NCBI GenBank assembly: GCA_030645455.1
Contig: JAUSNA010000016.1
Span: 1 to 52,401 of the forward strand
Direction of reading: 5' to 3'
From: Candidatus Levyibacteriota bacterium
GTDB lineage: Bacteria; Patescibacteriota; Microgenomatia; Levybacterales; GWA1-39-11
DNA: 52,401 nt
Shown here: one piece after another, positions 25,384 through 34,866 of the stretch
Numbering within the stretch: the first letter of the stretch is position 1
How the letters are laid out: each line of letters starts with the position of its first letter
Translations under genes and position numbers: made by a program
Notes under the pieces: model-generated
Database searches by the model: none
What the model was told of the DNA's origin: nothing
The model's input: the letters and a program-made list of their open reading frames with translations, nothing else

Positions 25384-27345
25384 CTAAAAACCACTTAACT
25401 TGAGTTGCATGTCAGACCGCAAATCGAATTCCTGTACTTTTTTGCCATTGACGGTAATAACCGTCGGCATACTATCCACTCCCGGTTGTTTTTGAATATA
25501 AAGAGGCAGTTCCTTTTCTGTAACTTTGAACGGGAGAGAGTACTCGTATGTCATCGTAGCTTTTCCCTGAGGGTTAACAGTAAAGAATGCATCAAACACA
25601 GTCTTTCCAAGATCCTCAAATGTTTCTACCTTTACCTGTGAACCCTTTGAGCTATCCAAAACGCTTCCCTTTGGAACCAACATCCTCTGGTAATTTCGAA
25701 GCGTCGCGTTAAGACACAGGCCTCCTCTTTCCAAATTACAGTCGGAGTGGGGTTTTGGATTTTTGTATTCAATCGTAACTTTCTTCTTTATTTCTCCGTT
25801 TTTCCCGACAGAATAGTCGATAGCAAGTGTCTTGTCCACAAATAGATTGGACTTTTGACCGCCGAAGTTAGCATCATTGATGTATTGATAATCACCGGTA
25901 AATTCTCTGACTTTTCCTGCCCAATTAAGAGCCTCTATGCCATTTTGGGCATCTTTATCGTAAAGATAAAATAGTATATTTTTTTCGTTGGCATCAACAA
26001 TGAATTGCTGGAAGAGCTGACCCCAATAAAGCTTGGGTGAGGACTTAAGCGCCTTATCAAGGGTCGCGAGCATCAAATCTCCAACCAGACCTTTTCTATT
26101 TGTTTTTACATAATTCACAGGACGGGAAATTTCATCCTCCAACGTATAAACAACTTGCGGACAGTCACAACGGGGGTCATTATCGGCTGTGAATTTCAAA
26201 CCCGAGGCTTCAACCTCACCAAGAATTCTTATGATATTTACAAAAAAGTGAGTATTAATTGCAATTATTCCATCAACCTCATTCTTCTGGCTTGAAAGTT
26301 CATACAATTCATTAAAACTCTTCATAGACTCAACAAAATCCGGAGACAAATTACTATCTCTGATAAAAGCTTGCTTTACGCTTGGAAAGTATTTGCGGAT
26401 AATGGGGGACGGTGCTGGATGAGAAGAAATACTATTATCCAAGTTATAAATATCGGAAGAACTATCCACCTTAATATCCCCTTCCTCAACGCGGAAAATC
26501 GCATAGTACGTCAAAAATCCTCCGGTCGGACGCAATTCCGCATCATTCTGGAAAAGCAGAAGATACTTCTTTCCTTCTTTTTCACCAAGAAGTGTAGGTA
26601 GCGCTTTGATAAGCGGCTTACCTTGTCCTACAGCAACTACAGCACCATCGGTAATATTTTGAAGCTGTGTAAGCTGTTCTCTGACCGCTTTTAACTTACC
26701 GATTGCAGGGTAATGCCCAGGGTTCACCTGGTCTATTTCACCCTTCGCCTGAATCAATTCCTTCTCGATCTTATCTATTTGCGGTACAACTTTACCCATC
26801 GTCTTGACTGCAGTTCTGATCCTGTCCTGTGCGGTTCCACCTGTAAATGTTCCCTTTCCTTTGAGTCCCAATACATCTACGTATGGTATCAATGCGTCAG
26901 CCGTAATAATTCCGGCATTTACCCCGAATGATGATGCTTTTACCATGTGATCGGCATCATTATAATATCCTGAGATAAGAGGGACAAACTTTAAGAAGGA
27001 CAATCCGGTCATTTCTTTTTTAAGTCCTGTTATTTCAGTTTGGGTTTTGGCCAGTTCTTCTCGGGCAAGTGCTATGTCTTGTTGCTTGAGCTGAGTAAAT
27101 GCAATACTCGCCTGCGCTTTTACTTTCATTGCCTGCTTGTAAACGGCAAAGGCTCGAAATCCAACAAATAGAGTAACTAAAAGTATAACGACAAGAGCTA
27201 TTCCTCCATAAGTCAGTACTTTTTTATTCTTAAAATTTATACGGAACTTTCTTTTTTTTCTAGCATTTCTACTTTCCATAGGACTTGGTGTTATTGTGTC
27301 TTCAGTGCTTGTTAGATCAATTTTTTGGAATCCTTTTTCTTCCAT
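25384..27345 (-). CDS. DUF4012-like membrane-anchored protein
   Basis: TM plus coiled coil, then YLLLFQNDAELRPTGGF, DSNLSPDF, DANFGGQKSN and IQKQPG, all typical of DUF4012 proteins. Confidence 0.8.
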   Translation of the reverse strand: MEEKGFQKIDLTSTEDTITPSPMESRNARKKRKFRINFKNKKVLTYGGIALVVILLVTLFVGFRAFAVYKQAMKVKAQASIAFTQLKQQDIALAREELAKTQTEITGLKKEMTGLSFLKFVPLISGYYNDADHMVKASSFGVNAGIITADALIPYVDVLGLKGKGTFTGGTAQDRIRTAVKTMGKVVPQIDKIEKELIQAKGEIDQVNPGHYPAIGKLKAVREQLTQLQNITDGAVVAVGQGKPLIKALPTLLGEKEGKKYLLLFQNDAELRPTGGFLTYYAIFRVEEGDIKVDSSSDIYNLDNSISSHPAPSPIIRKYFPSVKQAFIRDSNLSPDFVESMKSFNELYELSSQKNEVDGIIAINTHFFVNIIRILGEVEASGLKFTADNDPRCDCPQVVYTLEDEISRPVNYVKTNRKGLVGDLMLATLDKALKSSPKLYWGQLFQQFIVDANEKNILFYLYDKDAQNGIEALNWAGKVREFTGDYQYINDANFGGQKSNLFVDKTLAIDYSVGKNGEIKKKVTIEYKNPKPHSDCNLERGGLCLNATLRNYQRMLVPKGSVLDSSKGSQVKVETFEDLGKTVFDAFFTVNPQGKATMTYEYSLPFKVTEKELPLYIQKQPGVDSMPTVITVNGKKVQEFDLRSDMQLKLSGF

Positions 27346-27421
27346 AGGCGGAGTTCAATAGTATATTTAACCACATTTGAAAGTTTTATTGCAACTTTTG
27401 AGCCTTTATCGCAAACCACTT

Positions 27422-28060
27422 TTACATCGCTCCCTTGCCCGAAAACATGGCTATAGGAGTTTTTATAATAATATACATGTCGTAAACAATGGACCTTCTT
27501 TTGGCGTACTGTGCATCAAGTTGAATGCGCTTGTCAAAATTTATTTGACTTCTTCCTGTTACTTGCCACACGCCGGTAATACCGGGCTTAACAGACAACA
27601 CAACTTTTACAGCATCCTTTGTGTAAGGGTATTTCTTTTGCTGATCCCGAAGCTCATCCGGATAATATGCCCGGGGACCCACCACACTCATTTCCCCCTT
27701 AAGTACATTTAAAAATTGAGGGATTTCATCAAAAGAGTACTTTCGGATAAAACGTCCAACACTCGTAATACGGGGGTCGTCCTTTAATTTATACCCACCT
27801 TTTTTATATTCATTTAAAAGTTCTTTGTACTCGGGGTCTTTAACCAATATCTCATGCGCGTTTGCTACCATTGATCTGAATTTATACATTCTGAAAGAAC
27901 GCCCACCTTCACCGATGCGGGGCGGCGTATCAGCGAGAAGCGGACCCTTAGAATTTACTTTTATAGCGATTGCAGTCACTGCAATAATCGGAGAAAAAAC
28001 TATCAACGCAACTACTGAAATAAGGATATCAAGCAGGCGTTTTGATGCGTCATAAAGCAT
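27422..28060 (-). CDS. Priming polyprenyl-phosphate sugar-1-P transferase (Bac_transf; PglC/WbaP-like)
   Basis: KRLLDI, YKFRSM, DDPRIT, DEIPQFLNVLKGEMSVVGPR and KPGITGVWQV motifs. Confidence 0.95.
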   Translation of the reverse strand: MLYDASKRLLDILISVVALIVFSPIIAVTAIAIKVNSKGPLLADTPPRIGEGGRSFRMYKFRSMVANAHEILVKDPEYKELLNEYKKGGYKLKDDPRITSVGRFIRKYSFDEIPQFLNVLKGEMSVVGPRAYYPDELRDQQKKYPYTKDAVKVVLSVKPGITGVWQVTGRSQINFDKRIQLDAQYAKRRSIVYDMYIIIKTPIAMFSGKGAM

Positions 28061-28062
28061 AG

Positions 28063-29145
28063 TTATGTAAGGGACTCGTGTTCTGTGCCTGAAAGACTCT
28101 CAACGAGCTTTTTGATTTTGGGAACTGATTCTTTAGGACAAATGAGCACAACATCCTCCGTATTAATAATTAGATAGTCATTTAGATCAATTCCAACAAC
28201 CATTTGGTCCGTATAATTGAATACCAAGCTATCGGTTGAGCTTTCAAGCATAACCTTTCCGCGGGTTACATTCTCGTCTTCTCTCTCAGACAAAGCCTCT
28301 TTCAGAGCCTCCCAAGCACCAATATCACTCCATCCAAGATCCGCGCCAATAACAAACCCGTCAGTCCCCTCTATTTTTTCCAGAATTAAATTATCAAATG
28401 AGACTTTTTCAAGGGTCGGAAAAACTTCTTTCAGAACATGCTCGTACCTATCGGTTCCCCACGCCTCCTGTATGCGAAGAAGAGCTTCGTGCATATCAGG
28501 TGCGTGCTTTTTATATAAACTCATCAAAAAATTTGGCGTAGTTCCGAAATATCCAGGGTTCCATGCATGGCTGGCGCTATTGTGAAATATCTCTGCCTTT
28601 TCAATTTCCGGACGGTAATGAAGACTTTTGAATTCAAACAGATCAATACCGTTAATATTCTTTAGCTTTTCTCCGAATTCAATCCATCCCAAATTTTGAC
28701 TTGCAAAACGGGAACGCTGTCCGATAAAAACAATCTTATTCTCTTCTTCAGTCAAAACCTTACCCGCAGCGGTTAATATACTTCTAAAAAGAGCTTCATT
28801 TTTGACTAAATGATCACTCCATAAGATAATAAAGGGTTCTGACGGTGAGATCTTTTGGAAAATTGAAGCTACTAATCCAACTGCTGCACCGACATCCCTC
28901 ATCTCAGGCTCCAAGATAAAGTTCTCACGAGGAATTTCGGGTAGTTGCGAAAAAAGGATATCCCTATATCTATCTCCTGACGAAATGAAAACGTCCTCCG
29001 GTTTAAAAATTGGACTCACCCTATCATAAGCCAATTGTAGGGTAGATCTTTCACCTATAATTTTTTCGAATTGTTTTGGAGTATGTTTTCTTGACAATGG
29101 CCAGAGCCTTGTTCCAACACCGCCTGCAAAAATTACTACTTTCAT
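28063..29145 (-). CDS. manC: Mannose-1-phosphate guanylyltransferase
   Basis: AGGVGTRLWPLSR…PKQF, SDH and GWSDIGAW motifs. Confidence 0.92.
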   Translation of the reverse strand: MKVVIFAGGVGTRLWPLSRKHTPKQFEKIIGERSTLQLAYDRVSPIFKPEDVFISSGDRYRDILFSQLPEIPRENFILEPEMRDVGAAVGLVASIFQKISPSEPFIILWSDHLVKNEALFRSILTAAGKVLTEEENKIVFIGQRSRFASQNLGWIEFGEKLKNINGIDLFEFKSLHYRPEIEKAEIFHNSASHAWNPGYFGTTPNFLMSLYKKHAPDMHEALLRIQEAWGTDRYEHVLKEVFPTLEKVSFDNLILEKIEGTDGFVIGADLGWSDIGAWEALKEALSEREDENVTRGKVMLESSTDSLVFNYTDQMVVGIDLNDYLIINTEDVVLICPKESVPKIKKLVESLSGTEHESLT

Positions 29146-30227
29146 AAATAATGTTGTGTCTTCAAAAAAGCAGAAAGCGCTTTCTTGAACTTATCTTCAG
29201 AAAAACGCTTTGCATTTATCTTACAATCCTTTTCATTATAACGGCTGTCTTTGAAATTTAGCAATACATCGCACAGAGCTTGCACCGATTGTCTTTTAAA
29301 AAATATCCCAGTAATACCTTCATCGACAATCTCCAATGCCCCACCCGCTCCATACGCTACGACTGGCTTTCCGGCCAGTTGTACTTCAACCATTGTTATG
29401 CCAAAATCTTCTTCTCCGGGAAAAATCAGGGCCCTACAATTTCTATAATATGAAATTAGTTCTTCGTCACTTACCCTCCCTTTGAAAATAATTGTATCCC
29501 CGGCAATAGAATCCAATTTTTCGTATTCACTACCCTCTCCAATTACTACAAGCGGCAACTTGAGTCTGGTACAAGCACGGACCGCAAGATCAATCCTCTT
29601 GTAGTCAACAAGGCGGGAAACAACCAAAAAATAATTTTTTTCCCTAATTTCTACCGTCCTAACTTTCTTTTTGTACAATCTGTCTGCCGGCGGATAGATA
29701 ACAATACTTTCTCTTTTATAATATTTTTGAATTCTTTTTTTGACATTCGCAGATATCGCAATAAATTTGTCCGGCCTTTTTGAAGCCGCTAAATCCCACC
29801 TTTTTAAGTACCATACAAGTGGATAGGAAAAAAATCTCAAGATAATGTTTTTGAAGTATTCTTCATAACCACTCCATAAATATCTTGTCGGAGTTAAGCA
29901 AATACACACATGTGGTACGTTAATCGGAACAATAATTCCCTTCGCAGCCTCGCTTGTAACCGAAATCACCAAGTCAAAAGATTCAAATTTAAAGGATTCG
30001 AATGCAAATGGCATGAGGTATGGAATAAACTCATGTCTCCTGTTAATAATTGGAATTTTCTGCAAATAAGACGTTCTTATTTGGAATTTTTTTGCCCAAG
30101 GAGTTGTCTTTTCATTATAGACCGAGGTGAAAAGAATTGATTTGGGAAATAATTCGGCAAGACTTTCAAGGACACGCTCGGCCCCCCCGATCTTATTTAC
30201 CCTGTCATACACTATTGCAACTTTCAT
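29142..30227 (-). CDS. GT4 glycosyltransferase (WbaZ-like mannosyltransferase)
   Basis: GGAERVL, TPTRYLW, VSRLVDYKRIDL and EEDFGITMVE motifs. Confidence 0.9.
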   Translation of the reverse strand: MKVAIVYDRVNKIGGAERVLESLAELFPKSILFTSVYNEKTTPWAKKFQIRTSYLQKIPIINRRHEFIPYLMPFAFESFKFESFDLVISVTSEAAKGIIVPINVPHVCICLTPTRYLWSGYEEYFKNIILRFFSYPLVWYLKRWDLAASKRPDKFIAISANVKKRIQKYYKRESIVIYPPADRLYKKKVRTVEIREKNYFLVVSRLVDYKRIDLAVRACTRLKLPLVVIGEGSEYEKLDSIAGDTIIFKGRVSDEELISYYRNCRALIFPGEEDFGITMVEVQLAGKPVVAYGAGGALEIVDEGITGIFFKRQSVQALCDVLLNFKDSRYNEKDCKINAKRFSEDKFKKALSAFLKTQHYL

Positions 30228-31299
30228 ATATATTTAATGTCTGATCTACACATTCTTCCCATGAGAACTTCTCGCTTCGTATTTTTCCCCTTTTGATTAG
30301 ACTGTTCCGCACTTCATTGTTTTGAAGAACAGTTTTGATTTTCTTACAAAGATCGTCAGTATCCTCTGGATCAAAATACAAGACTGCGTCCCTACCAATC
30401 TCAGCAAAAGCTTTAGTGTCTGAGCAAACCACGGGGCAGGAAAGACTCATTGCCTCAAGAACCGGCAATCCAAATCCCTCCATAAGAGAAGGAGCAACAA
30501 CAAGCTGTGCATTTGTATAATAATCGAAAAGTTCGGAATCATCAATATTATGCAGAAAATGAACTCGCGAAAAGTTACGCTCCAGCTTCTCGTAGAAAAA
30601 ATCCTGTCTACCGATACAGACAAGATCTATATCAACTTCTACCCGCAACTTAAGATAAGCAGATACAAGAGACTTTAGGTTTTTATGCGGATAAGCGTTG
30701 CCAACATATAAGATATAGTTTTTTGAAACTAGTTTTTTACCTGACTTAACGCCTTTTATAAGGGGGTCAAATCCTTCATATATAACTTCTATTTTCTTGA
30801 TATCGGCTTTGTAATGTTTTGCTAGCTCTTCTTTTGTTGCTACAGAAGGTACAATTATTTTCTTTGCATTTCTAACCGCCCTTCCTGTTATTTGTTTGTA
30901 TGCAAGATATTTAGCGTAATAAACGGGTAAAGCATGAGAACTTGAAACGCCTGTCGGATAATGGTCAATAATAAGATCATGAATCGTAATAATAAAAGGT
31001 TTCTTGTAAAAAACTGGGTATGAAAAGTACGGAAAGTGCATGAGATCAAGATTTTCCCGCTCAATAGTCTTTTTAAATTCCCATTGCTCGGAAAGTGTAT
31101 GCCATTTTGTATCGGCTATCACCTTTTTTATGTTCTTGTTCTTGAAAGAAACTTCGGAATAAGCTTTTGAATTGAGAAATACAGTAAATGAATGTGTTAA
31201 TACCCTTTTGTCCAACCCCAAAACCAAATTTCGGATATAACGGCCTACCCCGCTTTCATACCATAATCGTGCATCAATTCCAATCTTCATAAATGTCAA
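30205..31299 (-). CDS. GT4 glycosyltransferase (MtfB-like)
   Basis: IDAR, GVGRY, TIHDL, YPHKN and [11 protein letters not shown] motifs. The start may be ATG 31290. Confidence 0.92.
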   Translation of the reverse strand: MTFMKIGIDARLWYESGVGRYIRNLVLGLDKRVLTHSFTVFLNSKAYSEVSFKNKNIKKVIADTKWHTLSEQWEFKKTIERENLDLMHFPYFSYPVFYKKPFIITIHDLIIDHYPTGVSSSHALPVYYAKYLAYKQITGRAVRNAKKIIVPSVATKEELAKHYKADIKKIEVIYEGFDPLIKGVKSGKKLVSKNYILYVGNAYPHKNLKSLVSAYLKLRVEVDIDLVCIGRQDFFYEKLERNFSRVHFLHNIDDSELFDYYTNAQLVVAPSLMEGFGLPVLEAMSLSCPVVCSDTKAFAEIGRDAVLYFDPEDTDDLCKKIKTVLQNNEVRNSLIKRGKIRSEKFSWEECVDQTLNIYESCNSV

Positions 31300-31318
31300 T
31301 TAAATTTTTACAAACGGA

Positions 31319-32203
31319 TTATGCTAACAACCGCTTCGCTTTAATTCCCAACATAACAAGTGACGTAACAAGAGGTGAATATTTCCCTTTGTAATGTTTG
31401 TTATAAAAAATTTCCATAGCCTTAAACCTGTGATAGGTTGCAAATTTCTTAGTATCATTACTGGCCTTAGTAAAATTTTTTGAAACTTTTTTTATCCCGC
31501 TTGATATACCCTTCAAATGAAGCGCTGTTACATTGGGAACAAAATATATTTTGTAACCTTTCTCTTTAAGCCTGTAACAAAAGTCGATATCCTCACCATA
31601 GAAGAAATAATCCTCGTCCCACCATCCAAGCTCCTCTCCCAACTTAAAAGGAACTATCATAAATGAACCCGCCAAAGAGTCTATCTCGTGAACACTATCA
31701 AGCGTTAAATAAGACATGTTATATCCTCCAAAAAGCCGTGTCTTTGGAAACAATTTTGAAAGACCTGAAAAATGACTCAGGGCATTCCAGGGAGTCGGGA
31801 ACCCGCGATGTGAAGAGTCATCTGGCTCTCCGTTGGGAAGCAATACATTGCACGTTGCGGCACCTGCACCTTCATGCTTCTCCATAAATTCAATCATAAA
31901 ATCAATCGTATTTGCATGAACAACAGTGTCGGGATTTAAAAAGAGTACATATTTACCAAAAGCTTTTTTTATACCGATATTATTTCCCCTAGAAAAGCCA
32001 TAATTTTCAGCGTTATGAATATAAGTAACTTTTCCACCAAGCTCTTCCTTGATCTTCGTCTCGGTTCTGTCATTTGTACTATTGTCTGAAACAATAATTT
32101 CAAACAAATGCTTATCAACAGTTTCGTAAATTGAATTGACACAACCCGTAATCGTGTCTTCCGAATTATAAGTAACTATTATTATTGATAAATCTTTTTT
32201 CAT
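31319..32203 (-). CDS. GT2 glycosyltransferase (WbbL-like)
   Basis: SIIIVTYN, DNST, NYGFSRGNN, LNPD and EDIDFCYR motifs. ATG 32203 overlaps the upstream stop (ATGA). Confidence 0.9.
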   Translation of the reverse strand: MKKDLSIIIVTYNSEDTITGCVNSIYETVDKHLFEIIVSDNSTNDRTETKIKEELGGKVTYIHNAENYGFSRGNNIGIKKAFGKYVLFLNPDTVVHANTIDFMIEFMEKHEGAGAATCNVLLPNGEPDDSSHRGFPTPWNALSHFSGLSKLFPKTRLFGGYNMSYLTLDSVHEIDSLAGSFMIVPFKLGEELGWWDEDYFFYGEDIDFCYRLKEKGYKIYFVPNVTALHLKGISSGIKKVSKNFTKASNDTKKFATYHRFKAMEIFYNKHYKGKYSPLVTSLVMLGIKAKRLLA

Positions 32204-33372
32204 ATCATTTTTCTCCATACGTTTAATAAATCGTTTCCGATTTTTTCCCATTTATAACTTTTCTCAACTAAAGCTCGCGCATTGACAGCCAACCTTTTCC
32301 TCAAGGTCCCGTCATTATATATAAGATTAATTTGCTCAATATATTCATCTGGACTTCCTGCTTTCAAAAAATGCTCACCTGCTATTGCACCAAGACCTGA
32401 CAGTCTTTCGGGCTGGGCAACAATCGGCAACCCAAGAGACATCGCTTCAAGCACCTTAAAATTAGTTCCGCCGCCAATTCTTATCGGAAATATCAATATG
32501 TCCGCACTTCTGTATTCGGAAATTATATCTTCAACAAAGTCCTTCGTTATTACTTTCTCGTCTTCAAATTTAAATTTAGCTCCGCTTTGCTTTCCAATAA
32601 TCGTAAATGTGAGATCCTTTTTTAATTTTTTGAATACATTGGAATAGAAATAATTTACCGCATCAACATTGGGAAAATAAGTAAAATTCCCTACAAACAA
32701 AATATTCTTTTTAATTTTTGGATCGTACGAAAATGTAAAATTATCCGGTTCAATCCCGTTTGCGACTATTTCACTTTTTATTCCTATCTCACGTTCCAGC
32801 AAATCCGCTTCATCGTTTGTTATAACAGTCACACTATCTGCACGTTTTGCCATTAACAATTCTTCTTCTTTTAGACGCGCTGCTTGTTGTTTAACAAATG
32901 GCTTGAGATAAAATCTCTTCATGTATTTTGCGTAATCGTAATAGAGAAGATACTCAATATTTTCTGTTCCGAGAACACTTTTAACTCTTGTTGTTCTAAG
33001 CGCGTCGATGTAATAACCGGTATATGTCGATTCATAATGAACAATATCTATTTTTTCGTTATGGATAATATCCCTCAACTCTTCTATGACCGCTTTTTCA
33101 AAATACAGTGTTTTAAATATTGAAGAATTATGAATTATTGTGCTTGGAATATTTAGCGGAGAAGCCAACTTTTTCCTTTTATATACTTTTATATTTTTTA
33201 CTCCTAATTTCAAAATTTCATCGTTCAGTTCCGGATTGTAATCTTCCCGGACGAAAGAGTACAAAAAAACATTGGCTTTTTTAGCAGTATATTTTAATAG
33301 ATGATATGCCCTATTTTTTCCACCGGAAGTCATCGGATACGGAAAATCATATGTTATGAATAAAACATTCAT
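32200..33372 (-). CDS. GT4 glycosyltransferase
   Basis: FPYPMTSGG, VANGI, FVGNF..FPN and GGGTNFKVLEAM motifs. Confidence 0.9.
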   Translation of the reverse strand: MNVLFITYDFPYPMTSGGKNRAYHLLKYTAKKANVFLYSFVREDYNPELNDEILKLGVKNIKVYKRKKLASPLNIPSTIIHNSSIFKTLYFEKAVIEELRDIIHNEKIDIVHYESTYTGYYIDALRTTRVKSVLGTENIEYLLYYDYAKYMKRFYLKPFVKQQAARLKEEELLMAKRADSVTVITNDEADLLEREIGIKSEIVANGIEPDNFTFSYDPKIKKNILFVGNFTYFPNVDAVNYFYSNVFKKLKKDLTFTIIGKQSGAKFKFEDEKVITKDFVEDIISEYRSADILIFPIRIGGGTNFKVLEAMSLGLPIVAQPERLSGLGAIAGEHFLKAGSPDEYIEQINLIYNDGTLRKRLAVNARALVEKSYKWEKIGNDLLNVWRKMI

Positions 33373-33384
33373 GTTTTAAAAAAA

Positions 33385-34866
33385 CTACTTCCGAAGAACG
33401 ATCCTATCCATTACGCAAAGTTTGAGATCTACAATGACATAAGTATCTGTCTTCTCAAGTATTTCACATTGCTGCATCCAGTAATTGGTTGCGTCATCAA
33501 AATTAACAGACACTAAATGCGTCGCACCTTCACTAATATATTTAGGTATTTTATCTCCTCCGTATGTAAATCCATGCCTATTGGTTTGATAAAGAAAAGC
33601 CGAGTCATTGTCATACGGGGCGATCACTAGTGCTTCTTTAGGCAACAATCTATCAACTGCTTTGCCTGCTTCAACTATTTCCGGGTGATTGATATTGTAA
33701 TATCCCCTTACCTCATACCAACCAAATGAAAACATAAATAATACAAGTGCCACCGCAACAATGCTATTTATCCCGCGCATAACTATTCCCTGACCAGACT
33801 TTAAAAGGTATTCAAAGCCAAGGGCTATAAAAATACACCCAATTGGAACAAGTGGCATTTGGTAATAATCGTGAGTTACGTTACCCTTGGCTATAACAAC
33901 AAAAAAAGCAAAAATAGATGCAAGCCAAAAATAGTAAAAATACCCAGATTTTTTTGAAAATCCCTTTACTATCCCGATCCAAAAAAGTACAAATCCGCCT
34001 GTTGCAAAAATTAACCTACTCATCCTATCGTAAACAAGCCACCGGAAATAAGCACCGGTAAAACGAATATTTCCCTCGTTATAAAGCCATGTTGTCCCAA
34101 ACATCCCCTCCGGATGCTGGTAAATATGGTATCTCCATAACATAAAGGGGGCAAGGGCAACAACAAGAAATGCATACATTCCTACTCTTCCGATCATCTT
34201 TACTCCCCATTTCCTATAAAAAAGGTAGGAGATCGGAAGCAACAAGACTAATGCATACGGTTTGGTCAAGACTGCCAGGGAGAAAGATACTGCCGCAATA
34301 AGCATTAATAAAATATTTTCCTTCTCAAGCCATTTGGTAATTAAATACAATGAAGCAACGCTAAAAAATATATACAGAGGGTCTGCCATCGTTACCCTTC
34401 CGTAATAGACGTTGTACGGAAGAAAAGCAAACAATGCCGCTGCCCCCAGTGCTACCCATCTGGATGAGTATCTTTGAACCAAAAGATACATGAATAATAT
34501 TGTTAGTGTTGAAAAGATTACACTAATCATCCGTGCATAATGCTCGTGGATGCCAAAATTGAGATAAACATAATAGGTAATGATGTTATATAAAGGAAAT
34601 TCCGCAAAAAAGTAACGGTTGGGATTTGGCTCACCTGTTTCGTTGAGGGGATTGAGAGCATCATATTGAGGATAAAGCGGATTGAATCCGTCTTTAATAA
34701 AATTTCTAGATACGGCCGCTGTGTCTGCCTGCCGCCAACTGTGCCAGTCTGCTATCGGGTTATCAATTTTGTATGTTCTGAACCAAAATCCAAAAAACAT
34801 TATAATGCCAATCACACAACCAATAAATAGCTTACTCCCGGATAATTTTAGAATTTTATTTATCAT
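33385..34866 (-). CDS. GT-C glycosyltransferase (ArnT/PMT family)
   Basis: Multi-TM protein with WRQADT, EFPLY, TKP and HDYYQ motifs. Confidence 0.85.
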   Translation of the reverse strand: MINKILKLSGSKLFIGCVIGIIMFFGFWFRTYKIDNPIADWHSWRQADTAAVSRNFIKDGFNPLYPQYDALNPLNETGEPNPNRYFFAEFPLYNIITYYVYLNFGIHEHYARMISVIFSTLTILFMYLLVQRYSSRWVALGAAALFAFLPYNVYYGRVTMADPLYIFFSVASLYLITKWLEKENILLMLIAAVSFSLAVLTKPYALVLLLPISYLFYRKWGVKMIGRVGMYAFLVVALAPFMLWRYHIYQHPEGMFGTTWLYNEGNIRFTGAYFRWLVYDRMSRLIFATGGFVLFWIGIVKGFSKKSGYFYYFWLASIFAFFVVIAKGNVTHDYYQMPLVPIGCIFIALGFEYLLKSGQGIVMRGINSIVAVALVLFMFSFGWYEVRGYYNINHPEIVEAGKAVDRLLPKEALVIAPYDNDSAFLYQTNRHGFTYGGDKIPKYISEGATHLVSVNFDDATNYWMQQCEILEKTDTYVIVDLKLCVMDRIVLRK